Shown here one piece after another: positions 1-13,453 of a stretch of DNA of 64,000 bases; within the stretch, counting starts at the first letter, position 1, and the number at the start of each line of letters is the position of its first letter. The translations under genes were made by a program, and so were the position numbers. The notes beneath the pieces were generated by a model. That model was not told where the DNA came from. It did no database searches and saw nothing but the letters and a program-made list of their open reading frames with translations. Origin of the DNA: Callorhinchus milii (taxonomy: Eukaryota); NCBI RefSeq assembly GCF_018977255.1, contig NW_024704743.1:90150001-90214000 (forward strand), read 5' to 3'.

Positions 1-413
1 AACTGAATGGCTTCTTTACACACTATCATTTTTTACTATTCTATAGTATATACTATATTTGGTTATAAAATGTGCCTTCAAAAAATCAACATTTGGTGTG
101 AATACACTAAAATCAAAACATGCAGATATTTCGAAAATAGAGCCTAAAATGTCTGAATAAAAGCCCACTAAATAAATGAGTGACAAGAGAGAATTGACAT
201 CAAGGTAAAATTACATTTCCCTTAAGACTGAATCAAATTCCAATTAAGGATATAAAAAACACAGTTTGAGTAAAGCTCTTTTCTTCATTGGGCCGTGATC
301 CATCAACCTTACTATGGACTCTACTTCACGTATTTAATCTCCTGAGGTGATTACTGCTTTCTAAAGGTACCTAAAATAACCCCCAAAGAATAATAATCCT
401 TGCATTTGATATT

Positions 414-930
414 ACAATACATTACAAAATTACATTTGTTTAACGCTTTTCACATCGGGAGGACATTTCAAAGCACTGGACAGTCAGGGATTTGGACCCA
501 AGCTGGGGGTCGAGATCGGGGAAGGTAGAAGGGTGGCCGAAGGCTCCGTCGAAGAGGAGGGTTTTAAGACGCGCCTTAAAGGAGGCAAGGGAGGAAGCGA
601 GGTAAAGGGAATTCCAAAGGGTGAGGGCAGAAAGGTTGAAGGCTCGACTGCTGATGGTGGGGCGGGCCAGGTGGGGGAATTGGAGCAAGCCCAGCCGGCT
701 GAGTGGAGGGAGTGGACAGGTTGCTATGGAGTCAGCAGATCGCAGAGGTAGGAAGGAGCAAGGTGGGTGCAGGGCCTTGAAGTCGAGGATGAGGATTTTG
801 AACTCTATCCTCTGAGGGATGGGGACCCAGTGGAGGCGGGCGTGGGTGGCGAGGTCATGGAACCTGCTGCAGGAGAAAACGTGAGCTGCAGAGTTCTGGA
901 TGATCTGTAGCTTGTGGAGGAAAGAGTTGG
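414..930 (-). mobile_element. L2-type LINE 3' fragment, inserted into a SINE tail
   Basis: Degenerate ORF2 C-terminus (LQIIQNSAA...LHWVPIPQRIEFKIL...LWNSL) plus the family 3' tail; gatatt at 408-413 and 931-936. Confidence 0.85.
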
Positions 931-1079
931 GATATTGTGTCTCATCATGTTGTCGAGACCTCTTAAAGTGTTTCACAGGATTTATTGTAAAGTTCAGTGA
1001 CTGTGTATTTGTCGGTGAACACTACACATATCCAACTAATGAAACTCTTACTCAGTGAGTATGGATGTATGTCCAAAGT

Positions 1080-1432
1080 GTGGGCAGGAGAATGGAGGTA
1101 ATGCTCTCACTCAACACGCTGATGATAGACTGGCCAACCTGACTCATCAGCAGGACTTGAAAGGGTAAACTGGTCACCAGGAGCAGAGATTCTTCCCACT
1201 TAGCTCCCGTTAACCCTGCAAACCAAAAGGCGATCTTAGCAATATCAATTTAGCAGCGAAAAGCTTACCAGACAGTGCTCTCAATGGCAAGCTGTGTGGA
1301 TTTAGCTGGTTAAACTGCAGAAGTACCCCGGTGCACACTCTGGGATTCCCAAGCCTCGACTCTCACCAACCTGTGCTGAATACTTCAGCTAAGTAGGACA
1401 TGTCCCTCCAGGGAGAGAGTGTACATTCCAAA
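1080..1432 (-). repeat. Unclassified interspersed repeat, family X
   Basis: Reverse complement aligns by eye with 25555-25870, 25100-25280 and 62600-62720 (shared gggttaacaggagctgagtgggaagaatc core). Confidence 0.75.
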
Positions 1433-1784
1433 CCAGAAACATAGAAATTAGCATTCGCCTACAAAACACGCAGTCATTCAAATTTAAAATAAAAGTTTGT
1501 GCAGTGCTTTGAGATCTTCCCCTGACATGAATGGCACTATTTTAAATCGAAAGAAATTCCTATGTGTGGGTGGCAGGCACGTCTGGAATTCTTGGATACC
1601 CTTAAGCTTGGTGATGGGTTTCTGCATGTATCAGACATCTGGCTGACCGAAACAAATTGAATTGCCACAATAGGTTTTTCTACATAGGGGCATAGAGTAC
1701 AAAGGTAAAGCAATAATGCTAAGTTTGTATAAATCATTGGTTAGATTTCAATTGGGATACAATGCTATTTTGAGCATCTCACTG

Positions 1785-2170
1785 CAGGAAGGATGTTAAA
1801 AAGACCTTGAAGAGGAGATTTATGAGAATAATTCTGGGGATGAGGCCTATAGTCATGAGGTAAGATTGGAGAAGCTGGATCTGTTTTCATTGGAGCAGAG
1901 AATGTTGGGAGGCGACCTGCTAGAGGTGGACAAAATTAAGAGGGGTTCTGATAGGGTTAATAGAGAGAAACTATTTCCTACTGGTAAGGGAATCAGTGAC
2001 TAGGAGCCATAAATTTAAGATACCCACAAGAAATATTTTCACCTAGCGTTGTTACAATATTCAATGCCCTGCCAAGTAAAGTGGTAGAGGTAGAGTCCAC
2101 TGTGGGTTTTGAGAAGGCTGCAGATAGGTACATGAGAGTTAGAGGTTTAAAGGAGTAGTAGGATGCGGCA
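1785..2170 (+). mobile_element. CR1-type LINE 3' fragment
   Basis: Typical CR1 ORF2 end (gagaagctggatctgttttcattggagcagagaa...gacctgctagaggt); similar to 35340-35425 and 36157-36260. Confidence 0.75.
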
Positions 2171-2294
2171 GGAAATTTCCATGATTATAAGGTAAAAGTC
2201 TCTGTGAAAAAAATCAATTTGTGAAATTAACTTATTATTATTATTATAAGTCATTATTTTGTTTGTATTATTATGGGAGTGTAATATTAACTTA

Positions 2295-2492
2295 TCTTAC
2301 ACTGAAACAAATGCCTGAAAGCTTATAATATTCACACTGAAACACAAGCCTGTCAGAGGTTACAATATCTACACTAAAACACAGCCCTGACTGCACTTAC
2401 AGGATCTCACACAAAAACACAGCCCTGACTGCACTTACAGTATCTCACACTAAAACACAGCCTTACTATGCTAACTCATACTAAAATACAGA
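2295..2492. repeat. Minisatellite, about 38-bp unit (cacactaaaacacagccctgactgcacttacagtatct)
   Basis: About 5 diverged tandem copies visible. Confidence 0.8.
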
Positions 2493-3649
2493 CACGATCG
2501 TCCTTTCATTTAGTCATCAGGTAATTCATTTTTAAGAAGAATTTTCATCTGTGTCAAACACAATTGACTTTTCAAATGTTACAATTTTAATTTGTGATAA
2601 AGTTTTGTGTCTTGAACAATAACTACACTGAGGTACTATCTGACTGAACCCTCAAATCCAGAAAAAAATAGAGAGCATCAAATAAACACAGCGACCTACA
2701 ACAAATTTTTGGAATAATTTCCCTCAACCTCCAGCCCATTATTGTGTCCGAGCAAGAACACGACTTCAGCATAACAAACTGTGAATGGATGGTGCCCAGG
2801 ATCCATAGACAGTAACCGCAGGAGAGAAAAGATATGCTTCTCACTGCTCTTCTCTGTCATTTGTCACATTATCAATCGAGGGAACAATGGGGTGACAATT
2901 CAGAATTCCTGAATAAATGAGTTAATGATAAGGATATTGATGGAACAGTTTGGAATATATAGTCAAAAACCTATCCTTAAAACCTTGCTGGAATAACAGG
3001 TTTGGGGCTGAACCAGTATTTAGCATGATCCTCACTTGCTTAAAAAGAAAAGAGATTGTGGATTGTGAAGACTTTTAATCCTATTCCCAGGAGCAGCAAT
3101 TTAATGGTTCTTCACTAGATACCAGCTCAAAATGAATTTTAAAGGGGAAAAATGCTGCTGGAAGCTTCAGTCCCTTCTGTATGTGAAGAAAACATGGCCA
3201 CTGTTTGAAACGCTGCCCAGAAGGAAGTTGGGGGGCGGAGGTGTTGAATCCCAAGGACAGGTTTATCCGTCTGTCCTGTCATTAAAGCATTCTTTAATTA
3301 TCCTGTGTTAATTAAGAAACAAATTACAGATAGCAGTATTAAAATATCCTCCCCAGCCATGTTGGTTCATTGGTACCTAGATGTTACTTATAATAATCCT
3401 TACGGTTGAGGATCTTGAACTTTTAAGCCTGATGTTTCTCCATTTCTGAGCACAGGTGAAAGCTGCCTGCCTCCAATACCAAAAGGAAACAAAATAATTC
3501 AATACAATTTGGAAGCCTGGTTACCACAAGTAAGAAAATGTAGGGCACCAGGATCAATCAGTTTGCTTCGAGGAAACAAACCATTAATCTATGGGAAACG
3601 TTCAAGATAAATGTGCTGATGAGTTTTAACAGAGAAGATCACGTCACTT

Positions 3650-4045
3650 AATAATTCTTGAATCTGATATAGTACCTTTCATGATCAGAAGATGTGTCAA
3701 AGCACTTCGCAGGATTTATTGTAAAGTGGAGGGCCTGTGTGTTTTGTGGGCCAATGCGACAGACAATTTACGCACAGCAATGTCCCACAAACAGCCATGA
3801 AGCGAATGACCAATTTTATTTGAGGAATTTGAGGGATTAATTGAGGGACCGAACAGGTGGACGGAAACTTGGTTTGGCATCTCTTCCGAAGGACAGCACC
3901 TCCAACAAGGCAGTAACACTTCCAGCACTGTACAGGAGTGTCAGCCTAGACTGGAAGTTCAAAGTCCCGATGTGGGTCTTGAATTTACAACCTTCTGACT
4001 CAGAGGCGAGAGAGCACTATAAAAGATGTGTGAGCCAGGCTGACA
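3650..4045 (-). mobile_element. Older Deu-type tRNA SINE
   Basis: Reverse strand has head ctctcgcctctgagtcagaaggttg, body ctgtttgtgggacattgctgtgcg and the SINE tail. Confidence 0.75.
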
Positions 4046-4429
4046 TGCTCATTTTAGTTTTAAACGTGGTTAAACAATCTTCCAAATAACATTTAAAAGA
4101 TCAATATCTTCATGCTGAAAAAGGTTTGGCAGCTCTGTGCAAGTCTGTAATGGATTGTCAGTTCAGCACACATTTGGCATAATGATGTCCTTGTATGGAA
4201 TGGTTTATCCAGGGAAGCAATGGAGGCAGATTGTATCAACAAATTCAAGAGCGAATTAGAAAGCTATTTGGTGTGGAATTAAATTGAGCAGTGTAAGAGA
4301 TAAAATGGTGGAGAGTTTTTTTAAATGTACTTTGAGATCAGCCGGATATACTGCCGTTATCTTTTATATTCCTATTACTGTTCTTTATACTCCTGTGTTT
4401 CAATCTGTGAAGTAGATTTACAATTGTAA

Positions 4430-5095
4430 TACATGTACATTTATATAGAGCCTTTTATGTCAGGAGGATGTCTCAAAGCGCTTCGCACTGCTGTTTGGGC
4501 ACACTCGAACCAGGGATTGGGAGCTGAAGAGGGTGGAGAGAGAAAAAATGACCAAAGGTGTGGTCAAAGAGGTGGGTATTGATGTGGGCTTTGAATAATA
4601 ATAATAATAATCCTTGCATTTGATATAGCGCTTTTCACGTCGGGAGGACATCCCAAAGCACTTCACAGAACACACTGTAAAGTGAATTGACTGTATATTT
4701 GTGGGTAAACGCAGCAGCCAATTGCGCACAGCAATGTCCCACAAACAGTCGTAGATTGAAAATGACCAATTTATTATTGTTTTTGGTTTTGGAGGGATTA
4801 TTATTAGGCGTGTGGAGTAAGGAAACTTGCCCAAGGTTTCGCCCTGCCTGGAATTGAACTCAGGTCTCTCACTTGCAAAGCGAGTGCTCTAACCACTGAG
4901 CTACAGGACTCCACTGGTGAGAATGGAGGGCACGAGTCAGAAGGAGTTCTGGAGAGTGGGGGCAAAAAGGCTGAAAGCTCGTCTATCAATTGTGGGGTAG
5001 ATCGAGCAGGGACATGAAACAGACTAGTGTTTGCTGAGCAAAACGATCGGCCAAGATGGTGGGGTTGCATGAGATCACAGAGGTAGGACAAGATT
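4430..5095 (-). mobile_element. L2 3' fragment split by a SINE insertion
   Basis: L2 tail at 4430-4593 continues at 4912-5095. Confidence 0.7.
4594..4911 (-). mobile_element. Young full-length tRNA-derived Deu-type SINE (short subfamily)
   Basis: Head gagtcctgtagctcagtggttagagc (A box) ... gagttcaattcc (B box), Deu-like body, (TTA)n tail; near-identical to 26133-26448 and 56171-56434. Confidence 0.92.
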
Positions 5096-5584
5096 TGTAT
5101 CAAATTTAAAAAGTTCATCAAAAACTCTATCAAAGACAACATTGGCTTTTTTAAAACAAATAGGGAAAAAAATGAATGATATCTATTATTAACTATACAA
5201 TACTTGCATAAGAGCGTGAGAAAAGGGAACTGGGAGAATTTTTGGGAAGGATATAACAGTTTGAATTTATGAATAATAGTAAAGTTAAGAAATTGCAAAG
5301 TCAAAACCTCAATTACATAATCATAGAAGCACATCAATAATTAGAACTGATAATGCTTTGCACCACACCAAACAATAAGCTGTTAACGACAACTGCATCC
5401 AACTTGATGTATGCTCAAAAATACAGAGAAGAATTGATACTGAGACATCATTACCAAGGAGTAATCTTATCAACTGGGTTCAGATGATGTGATCAATATT
5501 AATGGCTTTGTATCTATTATCTAAACCCTTAAATGAGATCACAGCTTGCTCTCTTGTTATAACGAGGGATATTTTTCACATTTC

Positions 5585-5800
5585 ATAATAATAATAATTC
5601 TTGCATTCGATATAGCCCCTATCACTTCAGGAGGATGTCTCAAAGGGTTTCACATAATATACTGCAAAATGTGTATTTTGTGTATTTTGTAGGAGAATGC
5701 AGCAGCCCATTTGTACATAGTAATTTCCTACAAACAGCCAAGAAGTGAATGACTAATTTTATTTGAGGGTTTATGGTCCAGGTCCCTGGGAGAAACTCCC
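5585..5800 (-). mobile_element. SINE 3' fragment
   Basis: taataataattcttgcattcgatatag tail and diverged body. Confidence 0.7.
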
Positions 5801-6092
5801 TTCATAACCGACTCAATGTGATGAGTATATTCAATTTGTTATGAAATGCTCCTTTCCAGAGATTCCTAAAGACTGATCCCAGAACCAGCCCCTGCTCCTA
5901 TTTTCAATACATTGAATTCATCCTGTTCCTGCTTTCAAAATAATCAGCACCATCTTGGAAATCAGGAACCATTCTCACTCTCCTTCCCCCCCCACCATGT
6001 GTTTGTCACAATGCTAACACCCAAAATTTTGTAACTTTGATGCTGCTCCAGTTTATGGAATTGGAATTTGAGTGCAGGTATGAACAGCGTAC

Positions 6093-6181
6093 CGACTTAA
6101 CTAACACAATATCCTGTGAAGCGGCATTCAAATGCTGACTCCAGTCAAACACTTCGGAACAGGGCGAAGTAATGCTGAATA
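6093..6181 (-). CDS. Candidate RIMS2 cassette exon (V-FSITSPCSEVFDWSQHLNAASQDIVLVKS)
   Basis: Pyrimidine-rich acceptor ctctcactttatcgtattacag|TA, donor TCG|gtacgc. 89 nt, phase 1 to phase 0, open frame. Fits after the phase-1 SEK-G donor at 12504. Confidence 0.55.
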
Positions 6182-9100
6182 CTGTAATACGATAAAGTGA
6201 GAGCCTAATAAGCATTTAATTTTTGAATAAATAATAATTTTAAACGTGTACAATCCTGTATTCTACAAGGCCTTGATCTCCATTATATAGCAATTCCTTG
6301 GTAACTAATGGCAATCAGCAAGCCGAATGCCCAATGTGATGTAATGTAAAGAGTAGACAGACTTTTAATTAAGATAACACAATTAGTAAGACCCTTACGA
6401 ACAAGCATGTAATGTAAATAACATGTTTAAATAATTTGTAAATCTCAGCGCATTTGACTAAAACATGCAAATTTGACAAAATCTCTGAATCCTGAATTTT
6501 GGTTACTCCAGCTGACCCTGTATTTCTGTTACCTTTAGCATCAAGGACACAACCAATGGCTCCTCCACACATATGTTACAATGTGACTGAGTAACTTGGG
6601 AGAATCAGTTAATTGTGGTTACACACCCACCGCACATACACACATGAGCATAATTAATTGCCCTGCTTCATATGTTAATGTGATTATGTAACTGGAGCAG
6701 ATCAGACGTTTTACTGGTTCATATTTGTCCTCAGTCATCATTTTAGGAGTTTGTTGTGAACCTAATAAAAGTCTCCAGCTTTTAAAATCAAAGTGGCTCC
6801 AGGTTCCTGAAATTCAAGGTGACATCAATTTATTTCAAAGGGCAGTCATAGCAGGAATGCAATGCGCTGGTCACTGGGGGGAAATGAGGGGGAGGCAACC
6901 ACCATATTTAAGAATACCTGGCAATAAGCAGCATTTCAAAATGTGGCAAAAATCTATGAGCAAAAATTTCTCATTTGTTAAGTACACCTGCAGTTGTAAG
7001 GGGTGGATTACATAACTATTTTGAAAGCAGAATCTTGTTTATCTTAATGAATCTATAGGATAATAAAGTATCTCATTCAAATCAGAATATTTGTTACAGT
7101 AATCCGGTATGGCCATGACATGCCAATGTTTCACTTCATCAGGTCAGAATCTGCTATGAGCTGGAAACCAAGCTGCAGTTCCTCATGAAACAAATATTCA
7201 GGGGGTTCTCTTGTTGCCCTACTCTCTTGTTTTGGGCTGGGTGGGAGTCAAGGGAAAGACTCCATCAAATGTCCTCTACAAATCTTAGGAATGACAGTCC
7301 ATTTTTCACTCAGATGTGGAGACTAACATTGTGTGCTTTTAATGAAAATACACATGTTTAAGCAAGGTGATTTTACCGGAGGAGGATGAAAGAGAAGGGA
7401 AAACCCCATTCTGAACATACACTGCCAAAGACACTGCACCTCGTGGCAAAAGGAGTAAGGCCCGATATTTTATTTTTGGACATGCTCCAAGTTCAAACTT
7501 TCATTCCTAACTCAATTACCCAATTAATTCTACCCTCATTTGCCAATCTAAGTGTGGTCACCAGATTGTTTTTGACTTGTTGGAATCCCACGCCTGAGAT
7601 AGGCTAGTGTTACTTCATTAAGTCAATGATGTAAACCTAAGAACGTTGCATTGGGTTTTGCGCTGATCAGCACTGATGTCAAATGCAAAGAGAACAGTGG
7701 TCACAATCATGTGTCTGAAGATCACATATTTTCACCTGACCTTTACAGCTAATGAGCAAATCCCCTATTTATTCCTTGTTCAGAGAGGGTTAGTTTTTGT
7801 CAGCTGGAGTAAAATAACTTTGGTTGTAGATGGTACTAAAGCACAGGACATTAACATGCAGTTATTTTTATTTAACAAAATGATGTATTTTTTACACCAA
7901 CAACTCTCTCAGTTACTAAGGCAGCCCTGCTCTTACTCTTGTTCATCTGTTCATATGACAGGAGCAGGAAGTGCTTCAGTAAGTTAGTCTGATGATGGCC
8001 ATCTCTTTCATCCTCATGCTAGCAAAAACACGTTGTGCTAAATTCAGCTAACATCAAAAGGTCAATTGCCCAAGACGTAAAGTATCCTTGTAAAAGGCCT
8101 ATAAGTGTGTAGAGTCTGTTACTATCCTCCATATGTGTACCTACACCCATATCAATGTCAAAACATACAAGCTTTTAAAGTCGCAGAGCATCAACATTAT
8201 GAGAACTACTAGTACCATCAAACCTGTCTTCCAAAAGATGATGACTTATTCAGAGTATTTGTAGCCAACATTAGAGTGCTTGTCAATGAGCAATATCATT
8301 AACTGGAAGAGGGTATCATAACAAAGAAAAGCAAATTCAACAATTCATTCCAGCTTGGAACCAAAATGTTAACAGACATTAGAAATGCGATCTACCACAC
8401 CTTACCACTGTTTTCTAGTTAGAATCATCAGATCTATGTAGAAAAGAGAGCAATGTTTGGATCTACCTCAAGGGTGAATGGTGATAGGTTGAACAATTGA
8501 CTGAGCAGAGGCGAGGTTCCCTTCTCTTTTACAAACATTTTTTTTCACTCAAACGTTCTTCCCTCCTCTCTAGAAGACAATGCTCCACATACAGTTCACA
8601 GCTTCCTTCAGCATATTAGCCAAGAGGCCATTCTCCATGTGTGTGCTTTAATACAGAGCTCTGGCAGGCATTGCAGCCTTGGGAGTAGGGGAGGAGTTAC
8701 AACAAAATCCTATCCTGCCTCACGTGATGCACACACAAACAAACAAAATTACATTTGTATAGCGCCTTTCACATCAGGAGGATGCCCCAAGGCACACATT
8801 AAATAGACAATGATAAAATCAACCATTCCCCCCTCCACTTCCCACCCTTCACTGAAAAAATGCATACAGCGGTGCGAGGTAATGGTAAGAGATATAAAAT
8901 AAAACAAATAGTTTACTTCTGACATTTTCAGAACTCCAGTAATAGACGTTAACATAAGCAACTTGCATTTATACCATGCCCTACACATGAGATAGCATCT
9001 CAATCATATATCAAATATGAGCACTTAATCAATCATATATCAACCATGACTCCAAGAGGGAATGGCAAACATATGTAAAGAATATGATTTTATGACTGTT

Positions 9101-9694
9101 TATTACTTAAACATCACTTTGACCTCTTGGATATTAGAAGAACAGAGCAAGCATTAGATTCTTTAGATATTGACATTTCAATGCTGTAACTCAAAGCCTA
9201 TATGCGTTAAAGTTCCCTAAAAGGCAACAAACATAGGTGCAGTCAACAAATGTTAATTATTCATTAGTTTATCCTATTATTATTCACTAACTATTCATTA
9301 TATTTATATGGTACCTTTCACGTCAGGAGGACGTCTCAAAGCTGGCTGAGTGTCCGATCTGAAGGTGGGAACAGAGAGGGGTGAAGTAGGGTAAAGGTGA
9401 CTGAAGGTGTGGTCAAAGATTAATATATTTGTACCAATTGCTTTCTTTAATTGACTTCCATTCTCATTGTATTCTATCACACACAATGACTATTTTTGGA
9501 CATTTCCAAATTTTGCAGTGGCTGTAAAGCATGGAAATGGTGTGCCTAATTCTGCTTTCACCAATAAGAAGAATATTTTCCCATCTAATCTCTCAAAATG
9601 AGTTGTGAGCTGAACATGCACATATCCAAGACAAACCAATTTCTCAAAGAAGTGTTGTTCCAGCTATTCATAGGAATGAGAAACATCAAGAAAT

Positions 9695-9940
9695 GAAGGC
9701 CTTCAGCCTTTCTGCCCCCACTCTCTGGAACTCCATTCCTTCACCCCTTCTCTTCAAGGTTCATTTTAAGACCTTCCTCTTGACTGTGCCTTCCATCATC
9801 TTCCCACCTCCATCCCTCTTGGCTCCCACACCACTCAAATCCAACCCCCAGCTCGGGGTCAAACCCTCGACTATCCAAACCCTCAACTTCCTTCCTACAG
9901 GAAAGTCACTACATAAATGTAATTTGTAGTTATTGTTGTT
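9695..9940 (+). mobile_element. L2 3' fragment
   Basis: AFSLSAPTLWNSIP motif and tail taaatgtaatttgtagtt. Confidence 0.75.
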
Positions 9941-11011
9941 TCTATCATGGAAAAATTATTATTACCATAGTATACTTATAGATGTGATCCATTATTATTT
10001 CACTCATCTCCTTACAACAGAATTCATACTTTGTGATCTTCTCATCTAATTCAACAATTAAGGACTAAAATTCCTCTGTTCATCAATATTAATAAAAATG
10101 TTAAGATGTATACAGAGTCGCACAGGGTTATTTTACAGGAGAACCAAAAATTCCAACCCCTCAAAAACTAGAGTAAAAATACTTGGTCCTAGTGTAAAAG
10201 CCACAAAAAAATATGTTTCAGTTATCAATAAATCCAAATTAGAATAAATATCTAGGGTGTCCTCCTTCTGATAACTGCACATGGTATCAAAATAGTTTCA
10301 AGCTGAGATAACTGGTAACAGACTCAATTTTATGTTCACTAACGGGTACACTGAGGGGTGTTTCTGTTGGGATGTAGCTTATGTTATAGTTGTAAATGGA
10401 ATGAAAAGCAGGAGAGTATTGGCACTGTGCAGCTTCATTCAATAAATGTACAGGTCAGTGGGACTAGAGCCAGGAATATGGACCACCCCTACGATTACAA
10501 GTCAGTTGAGCTCTCTATAACTATTTCAATGGCTCAACCATATTTGAATGTAGTGCAGCAGATTGGCTGAATGCTATTAGTTTCCAACCTGATTGAGGAT
10601 TTCTTCATAAGATATGAGAGGGAGATATTCTCCACTCAGCAATAAATCTATTGAGCTTGCCAGTGTTTGGTTATAATAGGAGAATACAATAATATCCACT
10701 ATGAAAAAAGCATTTGGCCACACGGCAAAGACAAAGAGCAAATATGAAATGAAGTAGATCTTTGCTAATCAACAGTGGCACAATTAATCGGAAGTTGGTA
10801 AATTTAACAACAAACAAACAGAGAATAATCTCTATTACATAACACATCAACACTATAAAGCTATAACGCCAAATGGGCCAGCACCATAACTTTTGAGTTT
10901 TTCCACATGAGGTACAATTTCTTCAGTTACTTTGTAGTGATGAAGCACCCCCAGGATCTCCAAATACTGTAGTAACAACAAATGTTTAAAAGTGGTCTAC
11001 AAGCTCACCAA

Positions 11012-11600
11012 GCAACAACAATAAATTGCATTTATATAGCGCCACTCAAGCAGGTAGCATCCCAGAGCGCTTGACAGTGGCAGAGGGGAGAGGTGACCAT
11101 AAGCGCCTTGGGATATCCCCCCGATGTGAAAGGTGATATACAAATTTAATTGTTGTTGTTGTTGTTAGCACTGTGGAAAAGTAAGGTCTTCAGGCACGAC
11201 CTGAAGATGAGAAAGGAGGGGGCAAGGCAGAGGGATTGAAAGAGAGTATTCCAGAGTTTCGGACCGTAATGGCTGAAAACACGACCACTGATGGAGAAAT
11301 GGAGGACACAAAGGAAAAGCAGGAGGCCAGAGCCAGTCGAACAGAGGCAACAGCTAGTGGGTTGGGGAGTAAGCAGGTCGGAGAGGTGCCAGGGCATGAG
11401 GCGATTTGAAAAGGTTTGGTGATATGAAGCCAGTGGAGCCTGGCTAGACCTGGTGTGATGGGGGTACAGAGTTTAGTGGGGGTGAGTATGCGGGCGGCGG
11501 AGTTTTGGTTCAACTGAATTTTCTGGAGAATGGAGCTGGGGAAACTGGCGAGGTGGGCATTTGAGTAGTCGAGGTGGAAGGTGACAAATGGATGGATGAG
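11012..11600 (-). mobile_element. L2 3' fragment containing a short opposite-strand L2 tail (about 11101-11166)
   Basis: QNSAARILT...LHWL...LWNTL motifs; (caa)n tail at 11012; plus-strand tail aagcgccttggga...gttgttgtt inside. Confidence 0.75.
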
Positions 11601-12503
11601 TCACGAACTCAAGGACGACAAGCAAGTTAAGATGCAGGTGTGCGAATAGGATAAGTTTCGTTTGAGTTCTTTGCTATATTGCATATGAAATGGTTATTTT
11701 TGTAAAAAATCTCCAATATAAAAGCTAAAATATTGAGCCACAGTTGAACATGTTTCAGGTTTACCTTTTGAACTGTTCCACATGTACACAGCGTTGATTT
11801 CTTATCAATGATCTGGTCTTGGACAACATGGTATACAGGAGTAAACTGTTCACTTCTTTACTTTTGTCTAGTTTTATATTCCAATAATCTATTTGGAATA
11901 ATTTCCTTCACTTCTTGATTCTTGTCACAAATATCTAAAAATATATCAATATCTAAAACAATCTAAGGTGAATACCATATTAAGATAACATTTATCGCTG
12001 TTATCNTTTTTTCAAATTTCAAGACAAAATAAAATCAGATTCAATCAGAATAACCCTTTAGGAAGTCGTTAAAAAGTACCCTCATAATAAAGCATCTGTT
12101 TAGACAATGCCCTACGTTTTAAACAAAATAATATTCATTTACCAACATCAAAAGAAATTATCTCGAGTCAACTGCAAAAAAAATCATCAATACTCTAGAA
12201 AACAGGTGGTTTCAACTAAGCTTGGGAACTGTAACCAACATTATACTTATAAATTATTACTGTCTCATTAATTTTTATTATTTCTTTTCTAGGACATTTT
12301 CTGAAAAACTGTGTGTATTTTACAGACCATTATCTCCTTGAGCTTTCAAAGCAAGTGTCCATTCATTTTACTTCCGTTAAATTAAATTTTCAATTAATTT
12401 AGAAATATATTTACACAATGTGAATTTCCTCATAGGCCCTTAATTAAAATCAGGTCGGTCCTTTAACCAGGTAAAAAGAAAAGGAAAGACAGATCACGCT
12501 TAC

Positions 12504-13453
12504 CTTTTTCACTGACACTTTCACTCTCAATCTCTACATCATCACAGCTGGTATATTCTGGGGTGGATGCCAACTCTTCCTCAGAGCTACTTAATGAGAC
12601 CTGACGCATTTTACCTCCTTTTTTCGTTTTATGTGGCTTGGGTGGTGGCGGCCTTACCGATTCAGACTGATCTGAGCTGAGCGAGTCATTTCGGAGCATG
12701 GTTTCCATCTTTTCCCGCTTTGTTTTCTTTACGGCAGAACTGGGGTCCAAGTGATGCTGTTTCCTCAATGAATCAGAGTGACGCATGTCACTCCTATCTA
12801 AGGGGATTGGGCTTCGTCTAGGTGTTGGTGGACTGTGATTTGAGGTCCTTTGCCAACCTGGACTAGGCCCTTGCATGTCTTGAGTTCTTTCCATAGAATA
12901 AGAACGTTGACTTTGCAGAGGAGCTCTGCGGTCAGACCCAGAGCGCTGCCTTGACTGCCTTTCCGTTCGAAGCATTGAGAATTGTGCATCATCCATCTCG
13001 GTGTATGCCAACGACGCATCACTGTGCCTTCGTTCATGGCGCGCCCTGGACACTTCAGCGTGAATTCGCATTTGCTCTTCGTACGGCTGAGGTTTGACTG
13101 GATAACGTGCTAAATTTGGGTCACTACGATAACGCGTTTGGTACTCCTCCTCCCGCCTCTGCCTTTCATACTCGTCCCTGCTTTCTATATCGAGATCCTC
13201 GTCTACCAACTCTCGGAATTCCTGAGTTCGCCGTCGAATCCTGCGACCAGAGTCCCTGCTTTCTCTGTATTCAAGATGTTCAGAGTCATCATAAATCCGT
13301 GACCCACGTTGGGATCGCTTGTCGCGTTCTGCATATTCTGTGGGTGATCTCTGCATTGCACTTTCCAATAGTGCATACTGTGCTGCCTCTGCTCTCTCGT
13401 CTCTCTGGTCGTATTTGCGGTTGTGTTCCCTGGATGTTGATGGGCTCCTTTTC
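12504..13453 (-). CDS. RIMS2: RIMS2 large internal coding exon (RKRSPS...RYRSDPNLARYPVKPQPYEEQMRIHAEVSRARHERRHSD...ESESVSEK)
   Basis: Contains hallmark RIM1/2 motifs RYRSDPNLARYPVKP, RHERRHSD, MLRNDSLSSDQSESVRPPPPKPH and STPEYTSCDDVEIESESVSEK. Acceptor tctctgcag|G at 13453, donor AAAG|gtaagc at 12504. 950 nt. The phase-2 start completes the AG|G Arg codon from the 40099 exon; ends in phase 1. Confidence 0.97.

Noticed and set aside
4845..4911. tRNA-like sequence with A and B boxes (also at 26448, 55652, 62164)
   Set aside because: These are SINE heads continuing into SINE bodies, not tRNA genes.
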